From positions 31,721 to 95,720 of the forward strand of contig CAZVWP010000008.1 in NCBI GenBank assembly GCA_964630805.1: DNA of 64,000 bases, given 5' to 3'. The notes under the pieces are model-generated. The model had not been told where the DNA came from, searched no databases, and saw nothing but the letters and a program-made list of their open reading frames with translations. Below, one piece after another: positions 19,681 to 28,277 of this stretch. Position 1 is the first letter of the stretch. The number at the start of each line of letters is the position of its first letter. The translations under genes were made by a program, and so were the position numbers. The DNA comes from an uncultured Novosphingobium sp. (GTDB taxonomy: Bacteria; Pseudomonadota; Alphaproteobacteria; Sphingomonadales; Sphingomonadaceae).

Positions 19681-20606
19681 TGTCCGAAGAAGCCGCCATC
19701 CGCCGCACCATCCAGGCCTACAGCATAGCCGGCGACCAGCGCGACAGCGCCAAGTATGTCGCCCTGTTCGCCGAGGACGCAGTGCTGGAATACGCCGGCT
19801 TCGGCCCCACCCCCGCCTTCCGCACCCAGGGCAGCGCCGAAATCGCCGCGCGCACCGCGAGCTGGAACTCGGCGCCGGGGCAGGACCCTTCGCTCACCGC
19901 CACCAGCTTCATCCGCCACAACCTCACCACCAGCGAGATCGAGCTGACCGGGCCCAACACCGCGAAGGCCCGCACCTATTTCGTGGTGATGACCCAGCTT
20001 GGCCCCGACCACGCCGGCGTCTACTCTGACGAGTTGGTCCGCAAAGACGGGCAATGGCTGTTCCAGCACCGCCGCATCACCCTCGACTGGCGGGCACACG
20101 ACAGCCTGTTCCCGCCCGTCCCGCGCGATCCCGATGCCTGCCACCCGGACCCGCGACAGGCCAACGTCGACCTGATGAACCGCTATGCCCACGCCCTTGA
20201 CACCCGCGATTGGGACCTGTTGCGCTCGATCCTCACCGAAGATGCCAGCCTCCACGCGCGCGAATGGGGGGAGAATGCCGATCCCGGCGAGTTTACCATC
20301 AACATGGAGGGCCGCGAGGGCATGCTGGGCGCGCTGCAATACATCTGGAGCGGCCTTTCACGGACGCATCACATGCTGTCGAACTACGTGGTCGATCCGG
20401 CGCCGGACGGACGCTCCGCCAAGGCCTCATGCTACATGCGCGCGCACCACGTGGGCAACCGCGAGCGCTCGCACCTGTTCGAGGAGTCGCTGGGGCGGTT
20501 CGACTTCGAGACCGTCAAGGAAGGCGGCCAGTGGAAGATCCGGCGGATGGAGGAGAACATCATGGTGATGCTGGGAACGGCGGAGGCGTTTCCGCCGGCC
20601 CCGTAA
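19680..20606 (+). CDS. Tandem double SnoaL/NTF2-like domain protein
   Basis: Two units of Y...D.RD....lF.EDA...(R/H)H.l...A.A..Y...W.(F/I)..; ATG overlaps the P450 TGA. Confidence 0.88.
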   Translation: MSEEAAIRRTIQAYSIAGDQRDSAKYVALFAEDAVLEYAGFGPTPAFRTQGSAEIAARTASWNSAPGQDPSLTATSFIRHNLTTSEIELTGPNTAKARTYFVVMTQLGPDHAGVYSDELVRKDGQWLFQHRRITLDWRAHDSLFPPVPRDPDACHPDPRQANVDLMNRYAHALDTRDWDLLRSILTEDASLHAREWGENADPGEFTINMEGREGMLGALQYIWSGLSRTHHMLSNYVVDPAPDGRSAKASCYMRAHHVGNRERSHLFEESLGRFDFETVKEGGQWKIRRMEENIMVMLGTAEAFPPAP

Positions 20607-20647
20607 GGTAGGCCAACGATCAAACGGCCAACGAACTTTCCTTTTCC

Positions 20648-20851
20648 CTACAGTTCACCGCGCCCCATAGCGTGCAGCATAAAATATGCTCTGATTGCGC
20701 ACGCAGAAGCGAACACCAAGAATGCGCTAACGGTAATCGCAGGGTCGGCAAAGGGATTCTTGCTCAACATGAATGATGCCACAAAAACCGCGAACGCGGG
20801 CAGCCCAACGAACTTCATATAGCGCTGCGCCCATAACGGCATCAACTTCAT
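20648..20851 (-). CDS. Small hypothetical two-TM membrane protein
   Basis: 67 aa with two hydrophobic helices; upstream GGAG RBS-like sequence; AT-richer. Confidence 0.55.
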   Translation of the reverse strand: MKLMPLWAQRYMKFVGLPAFAVFVASFMLSKNPFADPAITVSAFLVFASACAIRAYFMLHAMGRGEL

Positions 20852-20913
20852 CGTAACATCTCCGTTGGTCGCTCGTTGCGCAAGTGACTACGCCTAATAC
20901 ACCCATTCGTTTT

Positions 20914-21402
20914 TCAGGCCGACAACGCCCCATCCAGCAGTTCCAGAGCCGCCTTGGTAAAGGCCACCATGTTCGCCACCCGGTCGTCACTCTGCGTCTC
21001 GGTGATCCGCGCCAGCTCAAACCCCGGCCCCACCACTGCCGCGCAGCTCCGCCCGCTGTCGATCCCCAGCGGATGCGGGCTGCCGCCAGCGGAGCCGGTC
21101 TCGGCAATGCCCCAGTCGGCGCGGAAGTTATCGCGGATGGCGCGGGCCTGCAGGAGCGCGTAGCTCTCGGTGGCCGAGACCATGCCCTCGTAGGCCGAGC
21201 GGTCCAGCGCGAAGAGCACGTTGCGCGCCCGGAAGGTGTAGACCACCCCGCCGCCGCGATAGTAATTGCTGGCCCCCGGAATGGCGAGCAGCGAGGCGGA
21301 GATCAGCCCGCCGGTCGCGCCATCGGCCACAGCGATGGTCTCACCCCGCGCGACCAGTTTTTCAGCTATGCTGCGCGCGAGGGGGAGGAATGGTTCGAGC
21401 AT
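20914..21402 (-). CDS. CinA/PncC-like protein (non-canonical active site)
   Basis: TIAVADGATGGLI...PGAS.YY.GG.VVY...WGIAETGSAG fits the CinA C-domain. Confidence 0.85.
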   Translation of the reverse strand: MLEPFLPLARSIAEKLVARGETIAVADGATGGLISASLLAIPGASNYYRGGGVVYTFRARNVLFALDRSAYEGMVSATESYALLQARAIRDNFRADWGIAETGSAGGSPHPLGIDSGRSCAAVVGPGFELARITETQSDDRVANMVAFTKAALELLDGALSA

Positions 21403-21416
21403 ATTCAACCCCAGTT

Positions 21417-21555
21417 CGTCATCCTGAACTTGTTTCAGGACCCATCGTGCCGCAAGCGTAGTACCAGCCGGACTTCGCCGACCGCGCCGTTTGCTTTAGC
21501 TTTGCGATCGCCGGGTAGGCGGAGAAATGGGTCCTGAAACAAGCTCAGGATGACG
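21417..21555. repeat. CGTC-tagged REP doublet (REPIN-like)
   Basis: CGTCATCCTGAACTTGTTTCAGGACCCAT ... ATGGGTCCTGAAACAAGCTCAGGATGACG inverted arms. Confidence 0.9.
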
Positions 21556-21580
21556 TTGATGGATGGAGCAGGCTTGTGCC

Positions 21581-21964
21581 CTACTCCGCCGCCTCCACCG
21601 CTTCCTTGCCCAGCGGGATGGTATTCGCCCCCGTCGCCTGCTGGAACACGATCACCACCGAACACCCATCCGGCCCGACGACGATCGGCCCATAGCCCGT
21701 ACCCGCATTGGCGAAGCGCACGTCGCCCGGGCCGAACCAGGTCTTGCCGACGGTCTGGCCGCCCTCGACGATATATTCGAAATAGTTGGTCCCATGCGTG
21801 TGCGGCGGGACCCGTGCGCCGGGCTCGAACTTCGAGAGGATCACCAGCGGCCCCTCGGCATTGCCTTCCTCGAACAGGAAGCGCGCATACTGGACGCCCG
21901 GATCGGTGCCCGGCGCCCACTCGATGTCCTTGGCGAAAATGTCGCGGTGTCCTCTTCCAGCCAT
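21581..21964 (-). CDS. Cupin domain protein (ChrR-like barrel)
   Basis: KFEPGARVPPHTH...EYIVEG...GPGDVRF..AGT.YGP. Confidence 0.85.
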   Translation of the reverse strand: MAGRGHRDIFAKDIEWAPGTDPGVQYARFLFEEGNAEGPLVILSKFEPGARVPPHTHGTNYFEYIVEGGQTVGKTWFGPGDVRFANAGTGYGPIVVGPDGCSVVIVFQQATGANTIPLGKEAVEAAE

Positions 21965-22018
21965 CGCTTGTCTCCTCTCTGTTATCGGTGCAGCATAGGA
22001 TGATCAGGGGAGAGAACA

Positions 22019-23959
22019 ATGCCCAAACTGCGCCACCTTTCGCTGTCGATCCTGCTCGCCACGTCCACCGCCGCCTGGGCCGGGGAGCCCTCGGTGCGGC
22101 TCGAAGTCACCTCGCGGGCCGATGCCTGGAAGGGGCAGACCTTCGGCACTGTCGGCAGCTACGAGAAGATCGAGGGCATCGCCCACCTGCGCATCGATCC
22201 CAGGGACCCGGCCAATGCCGGCATCGTCGACCTCGCCAGGGCGCCACGCGCGGCGGACGGCATGGTGGATTACGATATAGACGTCGTCATCCTGCGCCCG
22301 AAGGATCCGGCGAAGTCCAGCGGCGTGATGGTCTACGACGTGGTCAACCGGGGCATCCGGCTGCTCACCATGTATTCCGGCGGCGAACCGGGGGACGGCC
22401 TGATGTTCCGCCGCGGCTATACCGTGGTGTGGAGCGGCTGGCAGGGCGATCTCGGCGGCAACGGCGCGGCGATGATGCAGGGCGCAATGCCGCCGGGCAT
22501 GACCATGCCCAAGCTGGTCACCGCGCGCTTTCCCGTGGCGAGGGACGGCGACAAGCCGATCACCGGGCCGGTGACGACCGAGACCATCTTCGACAGAGCC
22601 ACCGGCAACACCATGACCCTGCCCTATGCCGCCGTCTCGCTCGACCAGGCGGGGGCGAAGCTGACTGTCGGCGCGGTGACAGACGGACCGGTGCGCGAAC
22701 TGGCCGCCTCGGAGTGGAGATTCGTCGATGATCGCCACATCGAGATCAAGCGCCCGGCCGACATGGACGCGGGCGCGATCTACCGCTTCGAATATATGGC
22801 AAAGGACCCCTGGGTAATGGGCCTGGGCTTTTCGGCGACGCGCGATTTCGTCTCCTGGCTGCGGCACGCGCCCGCCGCCGCCGGCAATCCGCTGGCCGAC
22901 ATCGGCACGCCGGCCAGGCACTACCGCTCGGCCATCGGGATCGGTGGCTCGCAATCCGGCCGCTACCTGCGCGACTTTCTGTGGCAGGGTTTCAACCGCG
23001 ATCTGGCGGGGCGCAAGGTGTTCGATGGCATGATCCCCTTCATCCCCGGCGGCCGGCGCACCTTCACCAATTTCCGCTTCGGCGAGCCGGGCCGCTTCTC
23101 GCGCCAGCACGAGGATCATGGCGTGCCGGGTTTCGACTTTCCCTTCACCTATACGACGATCGCCGATCCCGTCACCGGCAAGCGTGACGGCATCCTGGCG
23201 AAGTGCACCGCCACCGCAACTTGCCCCAAGGTCATGCACGTCGATACCAGCGCCGAGTTCTGGCAGGCGGGCGCATCGCTCGTCACCACCGGCGGAACCA
23301 GCCGCGACGTGCCGTTCCCCGCCAATGTCCGGGCCTACATGATCGCAGGGGGGGCGCATGCACCGGGCATGACGCTGCCGGCCTGCCGCTATTCTGCCAA
23401 CAGCCTCAACTACACCTATGTGATCCGCAATTCGCTGGTGCGCATGGCAGAATGGACGACCACGGGCACTCCGCCCCCCGCCAGCCGCTGGCCAAGCCTC
23501 GCCAAGGGCGAGCTGGTGCCGCTGGAAAGCCTGAAGGGGCCGGAAGTGCCCGCCGCCGGCCTCGTCTGGCCGAAAGTGGCGAACCGACCGCTGACTGCCG
23601 ATGGCCGCTCGAAGGCATGGCCGATCTTCGTGCCGAAGATCGATCCCGACGGCAACGACGTGCCCGGCATCCGTCTGCCCGAGCTGGCCCTGCCCAGCGG
23701 CACCTATGTCGGCTGGAACCTGCGCAAGGCGGGCTATGGCGAAGGCGACCTTTGCCTGCTCTCCGGCAGCTACATCCCCTTCGCCAGGGACACCGAAAGC
23801 CGCGCCGGCGACAGCCGCGCATCGATGGCGGAACGCTATCGCCTCGCCGGGGAGCAGAAGGCCCGGCAGGCCGAGGTCGCCCGGCAGTTGCACGCGGCGC
23901 GGCTGCTGATCGACGAGGATGCCGAGAAGCTTTCCGGAGAGGCCGGGGCCACGCGATGA
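22019..23959 (+). CDS. Secreted alpha/beta-hydrolase-domain protein
   Basis: Signal peptide; FG.VGSYEKI.G, YDVVNRG, GYTVVWSGWQGD, G.SQSGRYLRDF and D.DGNDV.GIRLP motifs. Confidence 0.85.
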   Translation: MPKLRHLSLSILLATSTAAWAGEPSVRLEVTSRADAWKGQTFGTVGSYEKIEGIAHLRIDPRDPANAGIVDLARAPRAADGMVDYDIDVVILRPKDPAKSSGVMVYDVVNRGIRLLTMYSGGEPGDGLMFRRGYTVVWSGWQGDLGGNGAAMMQGAMPPGMTMPKLVTARFPVARDGDKPITGPVTTETIFDRATGNTMTLPYAAVSLDQAGAKLTVGAVTDGPVRELAASEWRFVDDRHIEIKRPADMDAGAIYRFEYMAKDPWVMGLGFSATRDFVSWLRHAPAAAGNPLADIGTPARHYRSAIGIGGSQSGRYLRDFLWQGFNRDLAGRKVFDGMIPFIPGGRRTFTNFRFGEPGRFSRQHEDHGVPGFDFPFTYTTIADPVTGKRDGILAKCTATATCPKVMHVDTSAEFWQAGASLVTTGGTSRDVPFPANVRAYMIAGGAHAPGMTLPACRYSANSLNYTYVIRNSLVRMAEWTTTGTPPPASRWPSLAKGELVPLESLKGPEVPAAGLVWPKVANRPLTADGRSKAWPIFVPKIDPDGNDVPGIRLPELALPSGTYVGWNLRKAGYGEGDLCLLSGSYIPFARDTESRAGDSRASMAERYRLAGEQKARQAEVARQLHAARLLIDEDAEKLSGEAGATR

Positions 23960-24492
23960 ACCAGCTCGGCATGATCGGCGGCTATGCCACCATGCTGACC
24001 ACCGGCATGCCGTTCCTCGTCATTGCCGCGATCTTCCTCGAGCTGGCCCGTCGAATGCTGGGGCGGCAAAGGGCGGCACGCGGCTGGCCGGCGACGAGGG
24101 GGCAAGTACTGATGAGCGACATCCAGGCACAGACCCGGCGCTCCGGCCTCTCGGGCGGCCGCAGCACGACGTATTACGCCACCGTCATCTACCAGTACCG
24201 AATCGGCGGCGCGGACTATCGCTGCAACCGCATCTCGCCCGGCGACGAGCTGGGCTTTGGCAACTCCGACCGCGCCATGGCCCGCGCCAGGCGCTATCCC
24301 GCAGGCGCTGAAGTGCAAGTGTTCTACAATCCGGTCAATCCCGCCGAGGCAGTGCTGGAACTCGCCAGCCCGCGCATGACGCTGTTGTTCTGGATCGGTG
24401 GTGCGATGGTGCTGTTCGTGCTGCTGTCCAGCGCCTTTTCTTTCGCCTTGCTGCGCTACACGCAGGGCATCGTCGATGCAGTGGCGCGCTAG
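23956..24492 (+). CDS. DUF3592 domain membrane protein
   Basis: WPATRGQV..S...YQY.IGG..Y...YPAGAEVQVFYNPVNPAEAVL flanked by TMs. Confidence 0.85.
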   Translation: MNQLGMIGGYATMLTTGMPFLVIAAIFLELARRMLGRQRAARGWPATRGQVLMSDIQAQTRRSGLSGGRSTTYYATVIYQYRIGGADYRCNRISPGDELGFGNSDRAMARARRYPAGAEVQVFYNPVNPAEAVLELASPRMTLLFWIGGAMVLFVLLSSAFSFALLRYTQGIVDAVAR

Positions 24493-26450
24493 CTGACAAC
24501 CACCCGCGCCCGCGCGAGGTTGAGCACGCGGCCATAGGGCGTGGCCGCATCGCCTTGCCGCTGGCCGGCGACTTTCAGCACGGCAAAGTATGTTCCCGGG
24601 TTGGCGTAGCGGTGCGTTGCCGTCAGCGCGACCCGCTCGGCAGGTGTGCCGGTTTCCGCCTTGTCCGCGAAATCGCCGGTGCCTTCGAAATCCCACTCCG
24701 CGCCAACCACCTTGCCTGCACCCGGCGGCATCTCGATGGTGGCGGACAGGTGCACCGCCTCGCCCGCCTTCACTTCGGCACGGGCAGAGCCATTGGCCAT
24801 CAGCGCCACCACCGGCTGGATGCCCTTCCGCTCGCTGGCGAACTCCGGAAGCACGAGTTGGGTATCGACGATGCGGTAGGCCGGCTCGAGCGGGCGACTG
24901 CCCTCCTCCACCCAGGCCGCTACATCCCGCAGCGCCTGCTGCAAGGCGCCGCCATAGCTCACCACATGGGTGTGCTGCAGCGGCGTCATGGGGTTTTCGT
25001 GGTGCGAGTTCTCGGTGAAATAGAGCGCGAAGTCATCGGCAAAGCCATCGCCGTTCGCCGCCTGAACCAGCGACTTGTACCAGTCCGCCTGCCAGCAATA
25101 GGCATCGATATCGAGCCCCACCGCCAGCATGATCATCTTGCCGTCATGCTTGCCGGTGGCCATCGCCCCCGACGCATTGACCGCGCCGAACGGCCCGATC
25201 AGCACATCGCGCTGCGGATAGAGCGGCTTGCCCTCGGCGTCGCGGTACTGGTTCCAGGCGTAATACCTTGTCGAAAGCGGCAACTGGTGGCGGTGATAGG
25301 TTTCCAGCGCCAGCTCCCAGCTATTGTCGATCCGCACTGCATCGCCCTGCGCGATCCTGGCCAGCACCTCGGGATCGAGGTGCGAGACCAGTTCGACATG
25401 GCCCGCACGCACATGGGCAATCGGCAGGCTCGCCCCCGCCGCCGCGCCGCCGGTGACCACGAGGTGCGAATTGTCGGCGTCGAATTCCGGCAGGGCGGCA
25501 AGGTCGATCCGTACCGGGGTGTCCAGGCTCACTGCCGTCACCGTGGTATCGAACTGCACTCGTGCCGCATGGATCGAGGAGGTCGGATCGCCGCCGAGGT
25601 ACCCGGGCTTGCTCCAGAAGTCCTCGGCATAGGTGGGGTCGAGCGCCGGGATCATGGCGGCGATGTTAGAAAAATAGCCGCTGTCCATGGTGGCATGGCC
25701 ATACCAGCCCCTGAGCGGGTGGCCGAGAAGGCTGATTTCCCGAAAGGCTGCTGCTTCGGTCTCGTTGAGCTCCGGATAGGGATCGCCGCTGCCGCCTGCA
25801 TCGTAGGCATCGGCGATGACCGGGAACCTGTCGCGCCGCCGCAACTCGCGCAGCGCATGCATGCGCGCCGTCATCATCGAGGGGATAGCATGGTCGCAGC
25901 CCGGCACGAAGGGGACGAAGCCGTCCCAGATGCCCTGGCTGTTCTCTGCCGCGCCGACCGTCTGGTAAGCGCCGCCGGAACCGCCGAACAGGTAGCCGTA
26001 TGGCCGGTGCCAGCTTCCATCGGGATTTGGCCCATAGACCTGCCGCGCGATCACGCGCGAAAACTTCGCCGCCGCCGCATTGGTGCGATAGGCCGGGATC
26101 GCCGGATCGACCGCCGGGTTGCGGAATTCGCCGCCATTGTTGGTCTGCACGTAATAGGCACCGCTATCGAGCGTGAAACCGAGATCGCCCATGGCCACTT
26201 CGAACTCGATGGGAAACGGCCCGATGTCGGACGACAGCGCCATCGGGTAGGTATTGTGGAAGAAGCGCCCCCGATATTGCCCCTCCGGCGGGAAATAGAA
26301 CGAGAAGCGCGCCTTCGTTCCCTTGAACCCGCCGCTGACATAACGATGCGGCACCGGCTCGCTCCGCTCCTCGTCGATATCGACGAAAGGCTCGGTGAAG
26401 AAGGGGTCGATTTCGTCCTCGGTAACGAACAGGGGCTTGGGAAACTGCAT
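24489..26450 (-). CDS. Tannase-like hydrolase with C-terminal PKD domain
   Basis: HRYVSGGFKGT.ARFSFYFP, YLFGGSGG, WDGFVPF; C-terminal EWDFEGTG...THRY..PGTYFA PKD motif. Confidence 0.75.
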   Translation of the reverse strand: MQFPKPLFVTEDEIDPFFTEPFVDIDEERSEPVPHRYVSGGFKGTKARFSFYFPPEGQYRGRFFHNTYPMALSSDIGPFPIEFEVAMGDLGFTLDSGAYYVQTNNGGEFRNPAVDPAIPAYRTNAAAAKFSRVIARQVYGPNPDGSWHRPYGYLFGGSGGAYQTVGAAENSQGIWDGFVPFVPGCDHAIPSMMTARMHALRELRRRDRFPVIADAYDAGGSGDPYPELNETEAAAFREISLLGHPLRGWYGHATMDSGYFSNIAAMIPALDPTYAEDFWSKPGYLGGDPTSSIHAARVQFDTTVTAVSLDTPVRIDLAALPEFDADNSHLVVTGGAAAGASLPIAHVRAGHVELVSHLDPEVLARIAQGDAVRIDNSWELALETYHRHQLPLSTRYYAWNQYRDAEGKPLYPQRDVLIGPFGAVNASGAMATGKHDGKMIMLAVGLDIDAYCWQADWYKSLVQAANGDGFADDFALYFTENSHHENPMTPLQHTHVVSYGGALQQALRDVAAWVEEGSRPLEPAYRIVDTQLVLPEFASERKGIQPVVALMANGSARAEVKAGEAVHLSATIEMPPGAGKVVGAEWDFEGTGDFADKAETGTPAERVALTATHRYANPGTYFAVLKVAGQRQGDAATPYGRVLNLARARVVVS

Positions 26451-26601
26451 GGTCCTTGCTCTTTCGCGGCTATCCTCTGGCAGAGACGCTAGCCTGCTGG
26501 AACCGGATGGCAAGGGCCATCCCCGCGCAACTCAATCGTTCAGCCCGGCCTAACCCGCAACCTTTGGTTTTTGCACTCAATGCAATTCGCAAGGCTTTCA
26601 G

Positions 26602-27291
26602 GTGTTTCGACATAACGCCCGGGTCCTCGATAACACCCATGGAGCCATCGTAGCGCCGCAAGCCCCGCCCCCTATCACTTCCAGACTGCGCATCCTCGCG
26701 ATTGGCGCACACCCGAACGACATCGAGCTCGGCTGCGGAGGCACGCTGGCCAAGTATTCCGCGCAAGGCTGAGCCATCCGCGCCCTCATCTTTTCGACGG
26801 GACGCCGCGGCGCGCTGAGCGATGCCGATCGCATCGCCGAGGCCCGGAAAGGCCTTGCCACCATCGGCGTCACCGACATGGTCGTCTGCGATTTCCCCGA
26901 CACGCGCCTTGTCGCATTGCTCCACGAGATGGTCGAGACCGTCGAGCAGCAGGTATGCGCCTTCGGCCCCAATCGCGTGTACACGATGTTCATCGAGGAC
27001 CGCCACCAGGATCACCGCGCGGTCTACGAGGCATCGGCGGTGGCCTGCCGCGGCGTTGCCCAGTTGCTCGCCTACGAAACCCCCAGCTCCTATCCCAACT
27101 TCCGCCCCACGGTATTCGAGACGATCGACCCCTACCTCAAAGACAAGGTGGCGGCGCTGAAGTGCCATGCCAGCCAGGGCGACCGGCTCTACATGCAGGA
27201 AGACAAGATCCGCGCCGCCGCCCACTTTCGCGGCGCCCAGGTCGATCTTGGCCTGTGCGAGGGCTTCCATCCCTACAAACTGATCGTCTGA
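26602..27291 (+). pseudogene. YaiS-like PIG-L family deacetylase, inactivated
   Basis: ILAIGAHPNDIELGCGG...DRHQDH..VY.AS.VACR...YETPS; in-frame TGA at 26770-26772 and HPDD changed to HPND; start position uncertain. Confidence 0.85.
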
Positions 27292-27298
27292 ACCGCCC

Positions 27299-27949
27299 AT
27301 GCCAGCCTATATCTTCATCCTGGCCGCCGCGCTCGTCTTGCTCGTCATGGCCTTCTCGGCCCGCCGGGGCTCTTTGCGCATCCATGGCAAGATCGACGCC
27401 ATCGTGCCCTGCTACAACGAGGAAGTCTGCCTCGTTCCGGCGCTGATGGCGCTGCTGGCCAATTCCTATTTCAACCGCGTCATCGCGGTGAACGACGGAT
27501 CGACCGACCGCACCGCCGAAATCCTCGACGACATGGCCACCCGGCACGAGCGCCTCACCGTGGTGCACCAGGCGAACACCGGCAAGGGCGGCTCGATTGC
27601 CTACCGCGCCACTTGGGTCGATCCTGAGGGCGGCTCGTCCTTCGTCGCCCACCTCGTCAACCTGACGGTGAACGACGGCCATGGCGGGGGCAAGACGCAG
27701 CTTTGGCTCGGCGCCGGCGCTTCCTCGCTCGAACGCACCACGCTCGACGGCGATTTCACCGGCCGCGACTATTCGGCAACGCTGCGCCGCCATCAGCCGA
27801 TCGGCGGCAATCTGGACCTGGTCCAGACGGGCGGAGTCACTTCCTACGCCCGGCCCTATGGGCGGGTTTAGGGGACGACCCTTGGCCTGGGCCTGCTGAT
27901 CGATTTCGACGGCAGGCGGCCGGAGGGGCCGCCGATGGCGGTGAAGTAG
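27299..27949 (+). pseudogene. Deletion fusion of YaiP-like GT2 N-terminus to YaiO-like beta-barrel C-terminus
   Basis: IDAIVPCYNEE...VNDGSTD.T...NTGKGG ends before any DxD, then switches near 27592 to YRAT...NDGHGGGKTQLWL...LRRHQPI...; premature TAG at 27869-27871 precedes GTTLGLGLLIDF. Confidence 0.75.
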
Positions 27950-28005
27950 GGGAGCGGGGGAAAGCTGGTTCGTTCCGGCCTTCCTCTCTTTCTTCCATAT
28001 TTTTT

Positions 28006-28043
28006 CGTCATCTTGAATTGTTTCAGGACCCATCGTGCCGCAA
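28006..28043. repeat. Single CGTC-tagged REP arm
   Basis: CGTCATCTTGAATTGTTTCAGGACCCATCGTGCCGCAA, near-identical to the left arm at 21417 including the flanking CCCATCGTGCCGCAA. Confidence 0.85.
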
Positions 28044-28052
28044 ACCCGGCGC

Positions 28053-28229
28053 ATGCCGGAAGAGCGCCAACCTCGCGCATACATCCGCGAGAGCAAGCCT
28101 TACGGCACGCTCTACTTTGGCGTGACCTGCAACCTGATCGCCCGAACAAATGGGAAAGAGAAGGGAAAGGTCCAAGAGTCGCCGCCCACCCGCGCTCTCC
28201 CCCCTTGCTCCGCCGCGATGAATCGCTAA
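28053..28229 (+). pseudogene. Truncated GIY-YIG nuclease remnant
   Basis: MPEERQPRAYIRESKPYGTLYFGVTCNLIAR resembles the small GIY-YIG pattern (p.vYilAs.p.GTLY.GVT.nL..R); similarity is lost after ~28145. Confidence 0.75.
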
Positions 28230-28277
28230 GGGGATTGCGGATTCAGGGCCGCTTTGCGCGGCGACAGGGACTTCATC

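Noticed and set aside
22004-26492. Long antisense ORFs (22004-23893 minus, 24555-26492 plus) and similar ones elsewhere
   Set aside because: Shadow ORFs of high-GC coding strands with no motifs; the opposite strand carries recognisable genes
26770-26772. In-frame TGA as selenocysteine or programmed readthrough
   Set aside because: Not at a catalytic Cys position; the accompanying HPND change and the broken downstream gene indicate decay
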